This document shows, one piece after another, positions 23,098 through 35,471 of a stretch of DNA of 64,000 nt; position 1 is the first letter of the stretch; the number at the start of each line of letters is the position of its first letter. A program made the position numbers and the translations under genes. A model generated the notes under the pieces. That model was not told where the DNA came from. It made no database searches and worked only from the letters and a program-made list of their open reading frames with translations. Source of the stretch: Moniliella sp. 'wahieum'. Its lineage: Eukaryota. Where the stretch lies: assembly GCA_003971905.1 (NCBI GenBank), contig RSEE01000064.1:1-64000 (forward strand). Reading direction: 5' to 3'.

Positions 23098-25173
23098 ACG
23101 GAGTGAGAGTGGAGTCAGGCATCTCGTCAGAAGGTACGTCGCCGCGGAGATAGCGATAAAGACTCGCTGGGTCCATGCGATCCCTCTAGAGGGTGATTTT
23201 TGGTCAGACGTTGGTTTAGGCAGGCACTCAAAAGCCGAAATGGGAAATGCGTACCAAAGCGAGAGACGGGTGGTGGGAGGCCAAAAAGGAATTTGGGTCG
23301 TAAAACCGAACATATCGAGCTGAGTGAATTGTTGGAAATTGAATTGGGGAGTTGGCTGCAATTGGGGTCTAGCACTAGCCCAGTCTCGATGTATTCCGCG
23401 AACGAAGCAGACTGAGGAAAAAAAGAGATCGCACAGATTTATTCCGCCAAAAATAGCTTTTTCCCACGGCACTGCGGCAGTTCTCTCACTCACTCGGCTA
23501 GGCTGCACGCTCGAGCCATGCCCTCTCTCCCCCCGTCTTTCTCTCCGCCTCGGTAGGAGGGGGTTGCTGGAACTGCGAATGAGGGATCTGTAGGAGGACA
23601 GAGAGCAGGTAGTTGATCGTGCATTGCATGGCACATGAACTACAGAGAGGCCAGAGAATATTCCTGCCGGAAGGAATATTGAATGCACCGAAGGGAGAAG
23701 CGAGCTTGAGCTACCGGTGCCACTACGCCAGTGTGGCACAACAAATATACCCAGCAACCGGAAAATAATTGGTGGCGGGTTGATGTGTCTGTGGGCATGT
23801 GTCGAAAAGCGTACCCAAACAATTGCAGCCCTACCCATAACATCTGCTGAATGCACGGCTTCGCCACCCATATTCTTGGAAGCAGAGCCCACAGAATCGC
23901 TTCCAGAGCTCCCCATGTAGGCTGTCGTCGTTCATTGGCCAACATTGGGACGGCCGGTCAGTGACCACCCGTCACTGTCAATGCGATTCGATACACAGAA
24001 GAGCTGGCTCCTAACGTACCAAACTAGAATGCTTTTTGTGGCCGCCGGGTAGCGCCAACTGAGAAGCACCTCAGTTGGACGTGCGAGAAACAACAGTTGC
24101 CTTGTGCGGGGGGGCATCATCCGTTCCCGAGAGAAAAAAGACAACTATTAACATGTGAATTCTGTCGTGCATGTATATGCACAAAGTACTGCTCTGAGTA
24201 CTCTGACTGAGTACTGACGATGCAAATCAGTACCAGTCGCCTTGGGCTTCAAGATTGCACAAAAAGCATGGGATCTTTTCAATACTGAGTCACCGGCTTC
24301 ACCGGCTGATCTTTTTAGCCACGCCGCTCTGGCGCAAAACTTGGATAGTACTTGAACATCTTCCCTCCTGCGGAAGGGGGATTAAGCTATGAAGTCTTAG
24401 GCTGGACTGGCTGTACGTACGCTGCTCTCGTTGCGCGTTGCTCGCCCCTCGGCACAGCGCTTCCCCAGCCCCCCCACACCTTGAGAGTCGCTAGTCATTT
24501 GTGGCTGTGTGGTAGGACAGAAGAACTCCACAGCTCTGTCACATGTAAGCCGCCAGCAGCACACTCATGATCAGCGACACGCCAAATTATTATCGAGCGG
24601 GGCCTCTCCGCTTCCCCGCCTGCACTCAGCACCGTGTGTGCCGCAATGTAAAAGCGCTAAGCACTCTGCCAAACCAGCTCCCACATCCGGACTCGAAGCG
24701 ACAGCCGACGTCTGGGTGCTACTTGCCTCATCCAGAGAGAGCTGGCGTGAGGCCTGACATCGGTAAGCTCAAGGCTCTTTTGGGCGCGATCCAGGACGCC
24801 TGCGGCGGATATCGGGCTGGGCAGATCAGATTGGACAGTAGAGTGAGACGGGGCCAGGGGCCAGTCACTAGCTCTCCGTACTCAGTACTCACGCATGGAG
24901 GGGGTGGACATGGCGAACGTACGTGTGCGCGTACGTGTGAACATGTGAACGTAGCCGTGGCCAAGCGCGCCAAACAGTCTGCGCCACCGCCGGCAGCCCA
25001 AACATTCAATATTCACGATAGGGGCTGGACCCTGGCCTTCTCCACCAACGCCACCCCGCCAGCGGCAAAACATTCTGCGCCCAGTGGACATTCGTCGCAC
25101 ATCTGCGCATCCACCCCCGCGTCCTTTTAACCCGCCCGCCATCCCCCTCGCTCCGCTCCCCCCCGCCCCCACC

Positions 25174-27762
25174 ATGCTGCTCTTCAGTGAAGAGCTTGCC
25201 CTTGGCGCCCCCGTCCTCCGCGAGAGCGTCCGCTACTGGCAATGGCGCGACAGCTTCCTGGCCTACTGGACGGTCCACTCTGACGTTGTCTCCCTCGAGC
25301 TGCAAGGCCGCATCATCGAGTCCGTTACCCCCGACACGGGCAATCGTCTGCGCCGATATGCCCACGACGCCGTCCTTCTTGCTCTGGGCGAATCCATCAT
25401 GAACGCGTGCAGCACATCCGCCTCCTCTCCACCGGGCATGCCATGCTCCAGGAGCTTGATGGCTGCATCGGCCGCCCGCTGGATCAGCAGGCGTGCCAGG
25501 AGCTGAATGCGCTACAAAAGTGCAACCTCGCGCCGTATGTGATGTCCTTTCCTCCTTATGTTACACAAGGCCCAGCCGCACTGACACTGCATGCTTCTAT
25601 TCGCAGTCACGAATCCTTTGCCGAGTTCCGCGCTCGGTTGCGCACCACCCTCGAATGGGTCGAGACGTACGGGTACTCGACCGGGGAAGACCACAAGTTC
25701 CTCCATCTTCACCGCCAGTTCTTGCCCTATTACCCCTCGCTCTGTGATGCCTACCTGGCCCGCTTTGTCGATATTGTCAAGCACCGCAAACGTCTCGAGT
25801 ATTGGGACATTGATTCGGCTGCGGCCGAGCTGGGAGAAGTGGAAGCGTACCGAGGCTGCGCTCACCACCCTCCTCCTCGACTTTATCGTGGCGGGTCGAT
25901 GCGGAGGACAAGGGTGTGCGCACCCTCCCCACCAGTGTCGGTGAAGGAAGTACCTCCTCCGCCTCCTGTTGTCGTCCCGGTGTCCCGCACGATTACCCCG
26001 CCCCCGCCTAGCGTCCCGCTTCTCGACCCGATTGACGAGCATCGCACTCTGCGTGTCGCTCTGCTGGCCACTGCGGAGAAGGACTCAACCACTGACCCCA
26101 ACCGGCCGACAATCCGGCAGGCGATCACTGGGCCCCAATGCCAACACCTGGCTTTCTCTCATCAAGGCCGAGATGCATCACCTGGAGGCGATTCATACGT
26201 GGGATTGGTCGACTGGGCCAAGCCCGAGATGGCCCTGGTGCGGGAAAGAAACAACTGCTCACGCCCCACTTTGTTTGCAAGGCCAGCCCAGGCGAAGGCG
26301 GTGGGGTGGTACGGCAAGTCCACCTTTCCGCTCGTCACTCGCCCCGACTCGCCAGCCCAGCGTCATGTCACTGCGCACTGTGTTGGCCGTGTACGCAAAG
26401 CACAGCTTGGATCTGGTCCTGCACCACTTTGATTACCTCAATCCCTTCCTCCATGAGGAGGTGGAGGAGGACATCTACATGTCCCAGCCCCGGGTCTGGC
26501 GGTGCACCCCATGGACATGGTCGAGCCCGTGTTCAAGTTGCGCAGGGCATTGTACGGGGTGGACGAGGTGCGCAACAGCTGGTCTCGCAAGCTTCAAGGC
26601 GCGTTGGAAGGTCTGGGCTTCCACCCGATCGAGAACAACGAGGGGATGTACTTCCACCCCAGCCTGCATGTTGTGATGGGCGCGTATGTGGACGAGCTGC
26701 TGTGCATTGGTTCGACGGCCGAAGTGCATCTGGTCGAGGACTTACTTAAGGACCTGCTTCACCTCCGCAACGGTCGGCCCCTGCGTCGCCTCGGCACCCT
26801 CGAGGTCCACGTCGACGAACATCGCATCCGCCTCAACCAGCAGGGCGAGATCTTACGCCTGCTCACGCGCCTCGGGGTCGAAGGGGTGGATGTTCCGGGC
26901 CTCCCGCTGCCGCTGACGCCAGTGAGCACCCACGACACGGACGTGGACACCTTCATTGCCGAGCCGCCGCTGTCGCTGACAAAGCAGCAGTGGTACACCT
27001 ACACCTATACCAAGCTCAAGGCGCTGGCGCATGCGACCCGGCCCGACATTGCTTACACGCTGCTGCGCCTGTCTCCGCGCGTGCACCCGATCCTGGGGCG
27101 GGAGGACTATGCGGCGCTCTGGCGCCTGCTCTTCTACGTCAAACGTACTGCCCATGCCTCGCTCACCTTTGGTGCGTACGGGGGGGGGTGGAGGGTCTGC
27201 TGCCGGACAGCATGCCGCCGACGACAGTGCCGGGACAGCTGACGGTGCATGCGTCAGTGGCGCCTGCGCCCGTCGTGCCGCCCGACGGCAGCCACCACTT
27301 TGTTGGGGGTGCGGTGATCTACCTCGGCTCGGCTCCGATCCACTGGTACTGGTCCTTCCTCAAGGACGAGCCGCAGGACACGACGGAAGCGTGCTATATC
27401 AATGCGGCGCAGGCGGTGTACATGGCCTCGCACCTGCGCTCGCTGTTGGCCGCACTCACGCCGTCGGTGCACCACGGTCCGCGCCTTGGCGGACGCATGC
27501 CGCAGCTCTACCTCTCCAGCCGCGAGGGCGTCGCCGAGCTCCTCTCCCCCGAGGGCCGGATTGGGTTCAGTTCGGACGCCAAGGTGGGCAAGTGCTACCG
27601 CTACGTCCGCTCCCGCATCTTCCCCATCTCCCACGACCGCTTCCTCGACCTCAATGATACCTCTTCCTGGCCCCGTCGCTGGCGCGCGGCCTGGTCACCC
27701 GCCTTGAGCGGGAAGAATTCTTTGCATGGCGCTACTCGATTCGCGTCGAACTGCAAGACTAG
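25174..27762 (+). CDS. Ty1/Copia-derived Gag-RT-RNase H fusion with substituted catalytic residues; no protease, integrase or LTR seen
   Basis: Gag-like N-terminus, then a Pro-rich linker. RT segments PTIRQAI, SLRTVLA, HHFDYLNPFL..EEDIYMSQP, KLRRALYG, YVDE, ATRPDIAY. RNase H-like GAVIYLGSAPIHW..TTEACY. Confidence 0.8.
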
Positions 27763-29557
27763 CCTCAGATCGCTTTTTTGATTCGGATCGATGGGATATC
27801 CTACCTCCTTGTCTGGGGTAGGCAATCCCTCTCCGCCCCCCTCTGTTCCTCCCCTCCTGCCCTCCCCCTCTCCTGATGTTGATGATGAATGTGTGGATGC
27901 ACGAACCCGGATATAGAAAGATCCCCCCCCACCCCATGCGATTGGAATCCATCTCCTTCAATTCAGGAACGCTGTGGTGCGGCACGTATAGGCCGAGGCG
28001 TCTGATTGGCATGTATATGCCAGTACATGTACAGTTGTACAAAGAGACGGCAACACAACGAGCTAGCCACTCTCCTTGAGGTAGTGGTACACGAACGATT
28101 CGCCTCGGCGCTCTCGCATGCCGGGAGCATCGTGGCGGGCAGGCTGGCGGCCGAGGACCCGTCGGCAGGCAAGGCGAGATGGCAGCCGAGCTGCGATGGT
28201 CGACGGACGCCGCCATCAGTTGTACTAATTAGCAGTTGGCAGCCAGCTTGGCCGCGACACTGTCCTGCACGCGCCCCCACCCCACTGCTCCAGTGCTGCC
28301 CCGCCCTTCCGCTCAGCCACTCGCCGTGAGTGCTGCCGCTTCCATGGACCATTCTTGGAAAATCTCTTCTAACCACCCTCCCGCTCTCTCCAGTGGAAAT
28401 GGGTCTGCCAAGACGGGGGAGCACGGACGCCGCATCACGTGCCACTCCGCAGGCCAGGGGCCGCGGGTGTGGAGAGTGGCTGCACAACCGCGACGGCTGG
28501 AGGAGCGCTGGCGAGCGTGATGGTCGGCATGGGCATCTCGATCAACGTGGCGTCACGACGTCACATCGATCGCCGGCATCAAGCTCAAGAACTGCTGGTA
28601 GAACAACACTACGGCAGCCACGGCTGCTGCTGTGAGCACTGCATGGCTGCCAGATACATGTTCCAAAGTCTCGTAGAATAAAGGGGAGCCCCCCCCGGCA
28701 CCAAAGGATCGGCGGTCACCGGACCGGTCAGGCCTCAGGCAAGCCTCAGGGGAGATGGTCCATGGAGGAATGGAACGAGGCGCTTGCTCCAGACGCTGGT
28801 GGTGGGAAGCAATTGGTCCATCCGGGTAACGTCATTTCAACGCATCCAGCGTAGCCAGCTGGCCGTCAGTCGGGCGGGAGCACACCATGCGTCAAAACAG
28901 CAAGCGCAGCAACCCTAGCTAGAGTAAAGCACTGCGACGTACTTGTGAAAATATATACTGCACCAAAGTCGATCGGAGCACGCCATTGGGTGCTTAATCC
29001 CCCTTGGGCCTTAGGTCTTAGGCTTAGGCCTTATGTGAGACGCCCCCGCACGGCGTGGAGCAGCTCCTCGGCTCAGCTCAGCGCCCAATGCTAAACGCTC
29101 AACGTCAACGTGCTCAGTCCATGCTGCTCGCGAGCACAAGCACACTCTCCACACAACCCCACGAGTGTATCCAGCGAGAGACCCGTGGCTCGCAATCTGC
29201 CCTCTGCCGATGGGTGTCTGCATCTGTTGCAGTGTTTGCGATTGATAGCCGGCAGAGATGCCTTGTGGTTCGCTTGGCTGGGGCGGGAACAGAGTGTGGA
29301 TGAAAGACACCGATCTTATTGTACTCTGTGCTGTATCGACGTAAGAATATCTTTGGACGAGTAACGTCTCGCGTCATCTATACTCTGGTAGAGAGACTCG
29401 TCAAGCTTCCAGGTGCATGCGCCGATAGGTCTTTATTGTTAGCCTTTTGAACCAGCCGAGGCGCAGCAGTGCCAACAGTCGACGTATGTTGGCCACGCAT
29501 GGTTTTAACCCCATCATCAACTCATCCTCGTCCTTTCCGCAACCACCACCACTCTCC

Positions 29558-30549
29558 ATGTCAACCTACGCGCCGCCTACCCCCTCCATCATCCTCGACG
29601 CAGGAGCGCCGATAGCACCGCCGTCTCAGCCGGCTGATCGCCTCCCTGCTCCCGTTGCTGCCACTGCCACTACTACTGCCACTGCACCATTTTTTCAGCC
29701 AACACCTCCCGCTCACCCGCCACCGCCCACCACCAGTTGAAATGGCCACGGCCGAATGGGCACCGTGGGTTTCCCTCCTACTGCAGAAATCGCCTGTGGC
29801 CATGGGCCAAGGAGCTCAGATCCTGGCCAACCGAGCACCGCATCCACCCGTTCCTCCCCGCCGCCAATAAGAGGAAGAAGAGTAAGACACCGTTGGTTCC
29901 TATCAACCCGCTCACGTCTGGCAAGATGTCGCGGACGCAAAAAGAGTGCGATCATTGTCAACTTGCGTCCGGGTGCACCGCTCCTGCACCGCTCCCCACG
30001 GAGCATCACTGCCTGGAACCTCCCCCGGCGCGCCGGGCCCAGGAGTACCCTCCGACGCCACGGCTGGAAGAGCGGATTGACAGCAGAATAATATGCGGCT
30101 AACGAGGAAGAGAAACGACGGAGGAAACTTTAGCAAGTGTACGTTGTTTACATGGGGCACTTTTGCAGATTCTGAGAGGAATTCTGACGGGTATGCATTG
30201 CAGCGCCGGTTCCGGATTAAGAAGAAGCGCGCGCGAGACGGCGCTCGAGGAGGATGCACGGTGGTTACGCCAGCGTCTGCGAGAGTTGACGGCGGACAAT
30301 GCGCTAAATCGAGCGGGAGAATGCGTGGTTTCGCATGGGCCTAGTGAACAAGGATCCGGTCCTTTTTACTGCCGTCGGCACGGTCCTGCCGAATGCGGCA
30401 GCCGCCAGGCCGTGGAGAAGTTTGCGGAGAAGTGGGTGCCCTTGTCGCCGCTCGGCATGGAGCACCCTTGCCCCCACCCATCAACGTACCCGAGGCCGAA
30501 TAGTGCCAATGCTGCGGCCATTAGGGGTACATTGTACCACACTACTAAC
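29558..30549 (+). CDS. Hypothetical protein (Pro-rich N-terminus, Cys motifs, probable intron)
   Basis: MSTYAPPTP... followed by KECDHCQLASGC. Possible intron at about 30137-30168. No family recognised. Confidence 0.35.
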
Positions 30550-31057
30550 TAGAGTAGTCATTTGGATTGTTCTTGACCGTGTATGTGCACCGCTGGACTT
30601 TAATACGTTCGTCTGAACCCAAACGAGAGCACGAAGTGGCATCGAGTGTAGACGTCGACAGCGCTGTGGCGGCAGCTGAAGTAGCCCACCGTCCAATTAC
30701 AACCAGAGCGCAGCTGTCACAGTGGTCTGCATGACTCGATAGAGGTCGATGAGCGGTCACTACTAAAAGATGCCTACCATAGTCCGTGGTCACCAGCCCC
30801 CTCCACAGCCCGTTGGGAACAAGGCGGTCTCTGAGATCCGGTGGCGAATCAAATGGCGTAGGCGTGCACGTGATTGACTGCGGAATTAGGAATAACCCTA
30901 GTGCGGGACTGCATTGCCGCAGCAGTTGGCACGACCCGTGTGTGTCGCCCGCTCTAATTTTATTCACCGGTAGGGTTGCGCCTGCCCGCCGCATCCTCGT
31001 GGCTGTTCCCCCTGCGGCTAGCTCGGCTGTCTTCCCACCACCGCCAAGTTCATCAAG

Positions 31058-31718
31058 ATGGGTCGTCGTCCCGCGCGCTGCTACCGCTACTGCAAGAACA
31101 AGCCCTACCCCAAGTCGCGCTACAACCGTGGTGTGCCCGAGCCCAAGATCCGCATCTTTGACCTGGGCCGCAAGCGTGCGTCGGTTGATGACTTCCCCTT
31201 CTGCGCCCACATGGTGTGCGACGAGCACCAGCAGATCACCTCGGAGGCGCTTGAGGCGGCCCGTATTTGCGCCAACAAGTACATGGTCAAGACGGCCGGC
31301 AAGGACGCTTTCCACATGCGCATCCGCGTGCACCCCTTCCACGTGATCCGCATCAACAAGATGCTCTCGTGCGCTGGCGCTGACCGTCTGCAGACGGGTA
31401 TGCGTGGTGCCTGGGGCAAGCCCTACGACACGGTGGCCCGTGTCGACATTGGTCAGGTGCTCATCTCGATCCGCTGCAAGGACAGCAACAAGGCTGCTGT
31501 GCTCGAGGCTCTGCGTCGCTCCCGGTACAAGTTTGCTGGTCGCCAGAAGATCATTGTGTCGAAGAAGTGGGGCTTCACCCAGCTCGACCGCACCCAGTTC
31601 ACCCAGGCTATGGCCGAGAACCGTATCATCAAGGACGGCTGCTACCTCCAGTTTGTCAAAACACGGCCCCCTCGTCCAGAACCTCAAGCTCCACCAGCGC
31701 GCTGCTGCCCAGCAGTAA
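31058..31718 (+). CDS. RPL10: 60S ribosomal protein L10 (uL16)
   Basis: [27 protein letters not shown]...[21 protein letters not shown]. One frameshift at about 31660 gives the C-terminus [12 protein letters not shown]. Confidence 0.98.
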
Positions 31719-32489
31719 GTGGGTTGGATGCTTGCCTTTTTGCGTTAAGGAGTCTTGTTTCTTTAATCGGTCGAAGAGGCTTGACTGGTCTTGCCTCACT
31801 GATTTGTTAAGGAGTCTCGTCTCTTGAATCTAAAAATGTTGAGTTGGGTTTACCCCTATCTTTCCCCCCCATCCCCCCATATCCGCTTATGATACTAGGC
31901 ACCTACGTAGCTGATGCAGTCACCGCGGAAAAAGGCATTGCCTTGGGACGGTTGGTCCTGGCTGTTTCCTGGTTGTGGTTGATGGAGAGCAAGCGGTAAT
32001 GTCAGGTTATGAGGGCGGACCTGCCATATGCCTCTTCGACACCGCGAGCTGCACGTGCTGTTGCAGGGTATCAGCTAGGGCGCGCTTCGTGAGGGTCGAT
32101 CGGCAAGGTGTACGGGCATGCCTGGCTAAGGCCTAACGGGAATCCCACAGATACGACCTACAGCGCGATGAAAAATAACCCCCCCCGGGCCGATGGTTGA
32201 AGAAGCCGAACCGACAGGTGTGAACACAGGACCACACTCTGATGGTCGATGGCGCCTAACATGTGACCAAACGGGACCAAAGTCCTAGAGTCCAAGCCCC
32301 CCCTCCAACAGGGAAAAGAAACGATATGCGGCGGAAGAAAACAAGGGGGAATGGAAGATGGGAGGTGGGTGAAATTATCGACAGATAGCGTACTTCTTTG
32401 TTGGCGAACGAGGTCGGAAGTTAGATTCTTTTGGAATGCACACATCGGCACGCACTATCTACTACTTGTATTTCATGAGATTATCGTAA

Positions 32490-32584
32490 GCTTCAATGGG
32501 TTAGTGGTATACTACATCGTTGCCAGACTGGTCTCGTGCCTGTAAGACGTCGATGTGACAGGGGTTCGATTCCCCTTTGAAGCA
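32490..32584 (+). tRNA. tRNA-Gly(GCC) with 24-nt intron (32526-32549)
   Basis: Acceptor stem GCTTCAA/TTGAAGC, anticodon stem CATCG/CGATG around TT-GCC-A, T-arm AGGGG-TTCGATT-CCCCT, then a T-run Pol III terminator. Confidence 0.93.
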
Positions 32585-33250
32585 CTTTTTTGGTTGCGGC
32601 TAGATTAAATGCGCAGTCGCCCTTTCCCCTCGGCATCGACTGCCAATTGCATGGGAAACCGAAAAACCTATACCCTCTCCGCGTCGCTTTTGTTCCCTCT
32701 TCGGTATTTGTCCCTGCACACCACGATTTCATCCCGCCCGTCCACAACACCCACGTAGCAGGGTTTGATACCCCCGATGAATGCTGGGGGGGCACAGGAA
32801 TATCTTCTCTCGCCCCCCGCGCGGAACCGGCCGGGAACCGGCTTCCTGCGACTGTATCTAGACGGCACAACAACTGGATCGGGATTACCAGCTGCCCGCC
32901 ATGCACCTGATCCAAACGAGAATACAATAGACGCCCAACGCGGACAAACCCAGGGCGGGAAACAAAAAAAGAAGAAAGCACACACACTATGCCCGCGAGC
33001 GTATCAGCATAGTAGGACGGGAACGAGAGAGAGCAAAGTAGTATCAACGCATTGTATCCGACAACGGAGGGGGGGAGGGATCGGAGAGGGAGAGAGGGGC
33101 ATGGATTCACCAGGTTTGAGGTGCGAGCGCGTTCCTTCCCCACGGGCAAGCAGGCAGTGAATGAAGGCTGTGCTCTTGCTTCGAGAGCATGAGCAGAGGG
33201 AAGACAGGCGACACGCAGTTTCTCCTGCACGGCGACAGAAGCGATTCCAG

Positions 33251-34295
33251 TTAAAACGTAGCTCCCGCCCCCGTTGTAGCATGAGCCGCTGCGGCCGCCG
33301 CGGCCGTAGCGTCGAGGCTGCTGGTCGTGGCGTGGGGGCTGGACGTGAAGGCAGTGGAAGGAACGGCGGTCGATGTGGTCGGGGCAGCGGCAGCGGCAGG
33401 TACGGTGGTGGAAGTGGCCGAAGCCGAAGCCGGAGCCGGGGCAGGGGCAGAGGACGAAGTCTTGGCCGGGGTAGCCGGCACTGCCGCATCGAACGACAGG
33501 ACCGAATTGGCGTACCGAGCAATGAGGTCGCGGGTAGTGAGGTAGCCCTTGCGGACTGGGTCCGGGCAGCGCGGGTTGCGACTGAGCGTGTCGAGCTGGG
33601 TTTGGACCTGGCCAAAAGCGTGACGCGTGAAGGAGCTCATGACGAAACGGAGGCGCATAAAGTGGGCAAACAGGAGCGGAGCCAAAAGCGAGTTGCGCAA
33701 CGCGATTGCGCCCAAAAGGAGACGGGCAAAGATGACCACTTCGGCGTAGGCGACAAAGCGCATTGCTGGGTTGTAGGTGGTCTTGACCCAGTTCTGGATC
33801 AGGGTCTGCACCCTTTTGGGATAGGCCGAGGCGGCGGCGCTCTGGGACGATGGGGGGAAGGCAAGGGGGATAAGGGTGGGCGGGGAAGAGGTGAGGACAT
33901 GGAAGAGGGAGAAGACGACAAAGGGAACCAGCGTGATGGGGATGGGGGTAGAGTAGGTCCACAGCCAGTAGAACGACAGGACCAAGTACTGCACATTCTC
34001 ATCCAGAAGGATGCGGTGCAGACTGGCCTTGGACAGCTGCGGCCGGCCAAATGACTTGTAGACCACGATCCCGTAGCTGACCAATGCGCCGAGGTACGCG
34101 ATGACGTAGGATGCGGTCGCCAGCCTGGCGGCCCGCATCAAGACGAGCGTCCTGATCAGCGCCCAGGCGCCGAAGAAGAGCGTCAGGATGTGGCCGCCGG
34201 CCCAGACAAGATGAGGCGCGCTGGCAGAGGGGCGGGACTAGGGCGGGGTTAGGACTGCGCGCAGCGGCGAGAAGGGAGTCGTGTGGACGTACCAT
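33251..34295 (-). CDS. TMEM33/Pom33/Per33-family ER and nuclear-envelope membrane protein
   Basis: HLVWAGGH, YLGALVSYGIVVYKS, LLDENVQYL, LVPFVVFSLFHV, HFMRLRF. ATG followed by a GTACGT intron with a CCTAAC branch point. Confidence 0.88.
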
Positions 34296-35471
34296 GGCAG
34301 ATGGAGGCACAGAGCGTCGGTTCGCAGTTCTAGCCTGGGTTGGTAACAAATGCCCGTGCAGGGCATCACGTATCTGGCATGCTGTCACGTGTGACTAGTG
34401 ACTGTCACAGCGGACCCAGATCGCAGAGACGACGGTCCTTTTATTGCCAGAGACGCCTACGATCTCTCGCCTCCTGTAGCCGCCGTTTTTCTTCTTCTCC
34501 CCGGCGTTTTGCGCGCGCCCGACCTTGGGCCATGGGCTCAGATCTGAGCGAGCCTCAGATCTCAAACCTATACGCAACAGCCGGCTTCGTACTGACTAGC
34601 ACCCGTACCTCAATTATTAATTACCGGGAGCCGTACCGCGTACCATCGCATCGATATCACCATTGCGTTTCACGAAAGGTTATTGCTGTGGATGAAGACG
34701 TGTCGAAGGGCCGCGTTGGGGGGCTGTGGTGGCCTACGCCAAGGGAGAGCACGGACACGTCGATGCGGGGGCGACGGGAGCTGCTGGGTGCAGCGGGGCG
34801 GCGCGCAGGCGAGTGGGTTGGCGTTGGGCAGCCAGTTGGGGCATGTGATGTGTGACGCACACTATGTCGCCGGTGGCGATGGTCACAGGCTGGCACGTGA
34901 CCGACGGGGGCAGGGGCAGGGGGCGAGTGTGCATGCGGTCTGCGGACGTGGAGGCGGTGGAGGCGGATGAGCAAAGGGCGAAGGGGGGGGGCAGGGCGGC
35001 GCAGGTTAGGTTAGCGCTTAGAAGAGGTTGGACGCGGTGGTGTTGGCTAGGGGCAGACGAATGGGAAAGAAAGGGCAAGGAGCGGAGAGGGCCACTGGGA
35101 GGCGCAACAGGCGTTGCGAGATGCTAGTGCACACGCGTGGTGGGATGGGTGCGACTGGGGTACTTGGCGGCAGGCACGGAATGGATAGGATGTTGGTGAG
35201 TTGGTGAGAGGTGGGCAGTGGGTGCGCTCGCTGTGCTGGGGAAGCTTGAAGCTTGAAGCTTGGAGCGTGGAGTTGGAGCTTCAGCCCAGAGCTGCGGCCG
35301 TGCAAGGCGCCACTGGCCGCCCAGGGGAGCCGCGAGGCACGCGGCCCAGTCCGAGTGCGCTTTCCCATCCGGCGAGCCCCACGGGTGTGCGTTGCTCCAC
35401 CTGCTACTTGTCCCCGACGCGCCTCGCCTCGCCTCCTCTGCACGTCCGCTGGCGCCACACGGGGGCCCACC

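Noticed and set aside
27835..27900. TGTTGATG after a C/T tract as a possible 3' LTR of the Copia-like gene
   Set aside because: The tract is polypyrimidine on the element strand rather than a PPT, and I found no matching copy upstream of 25174.
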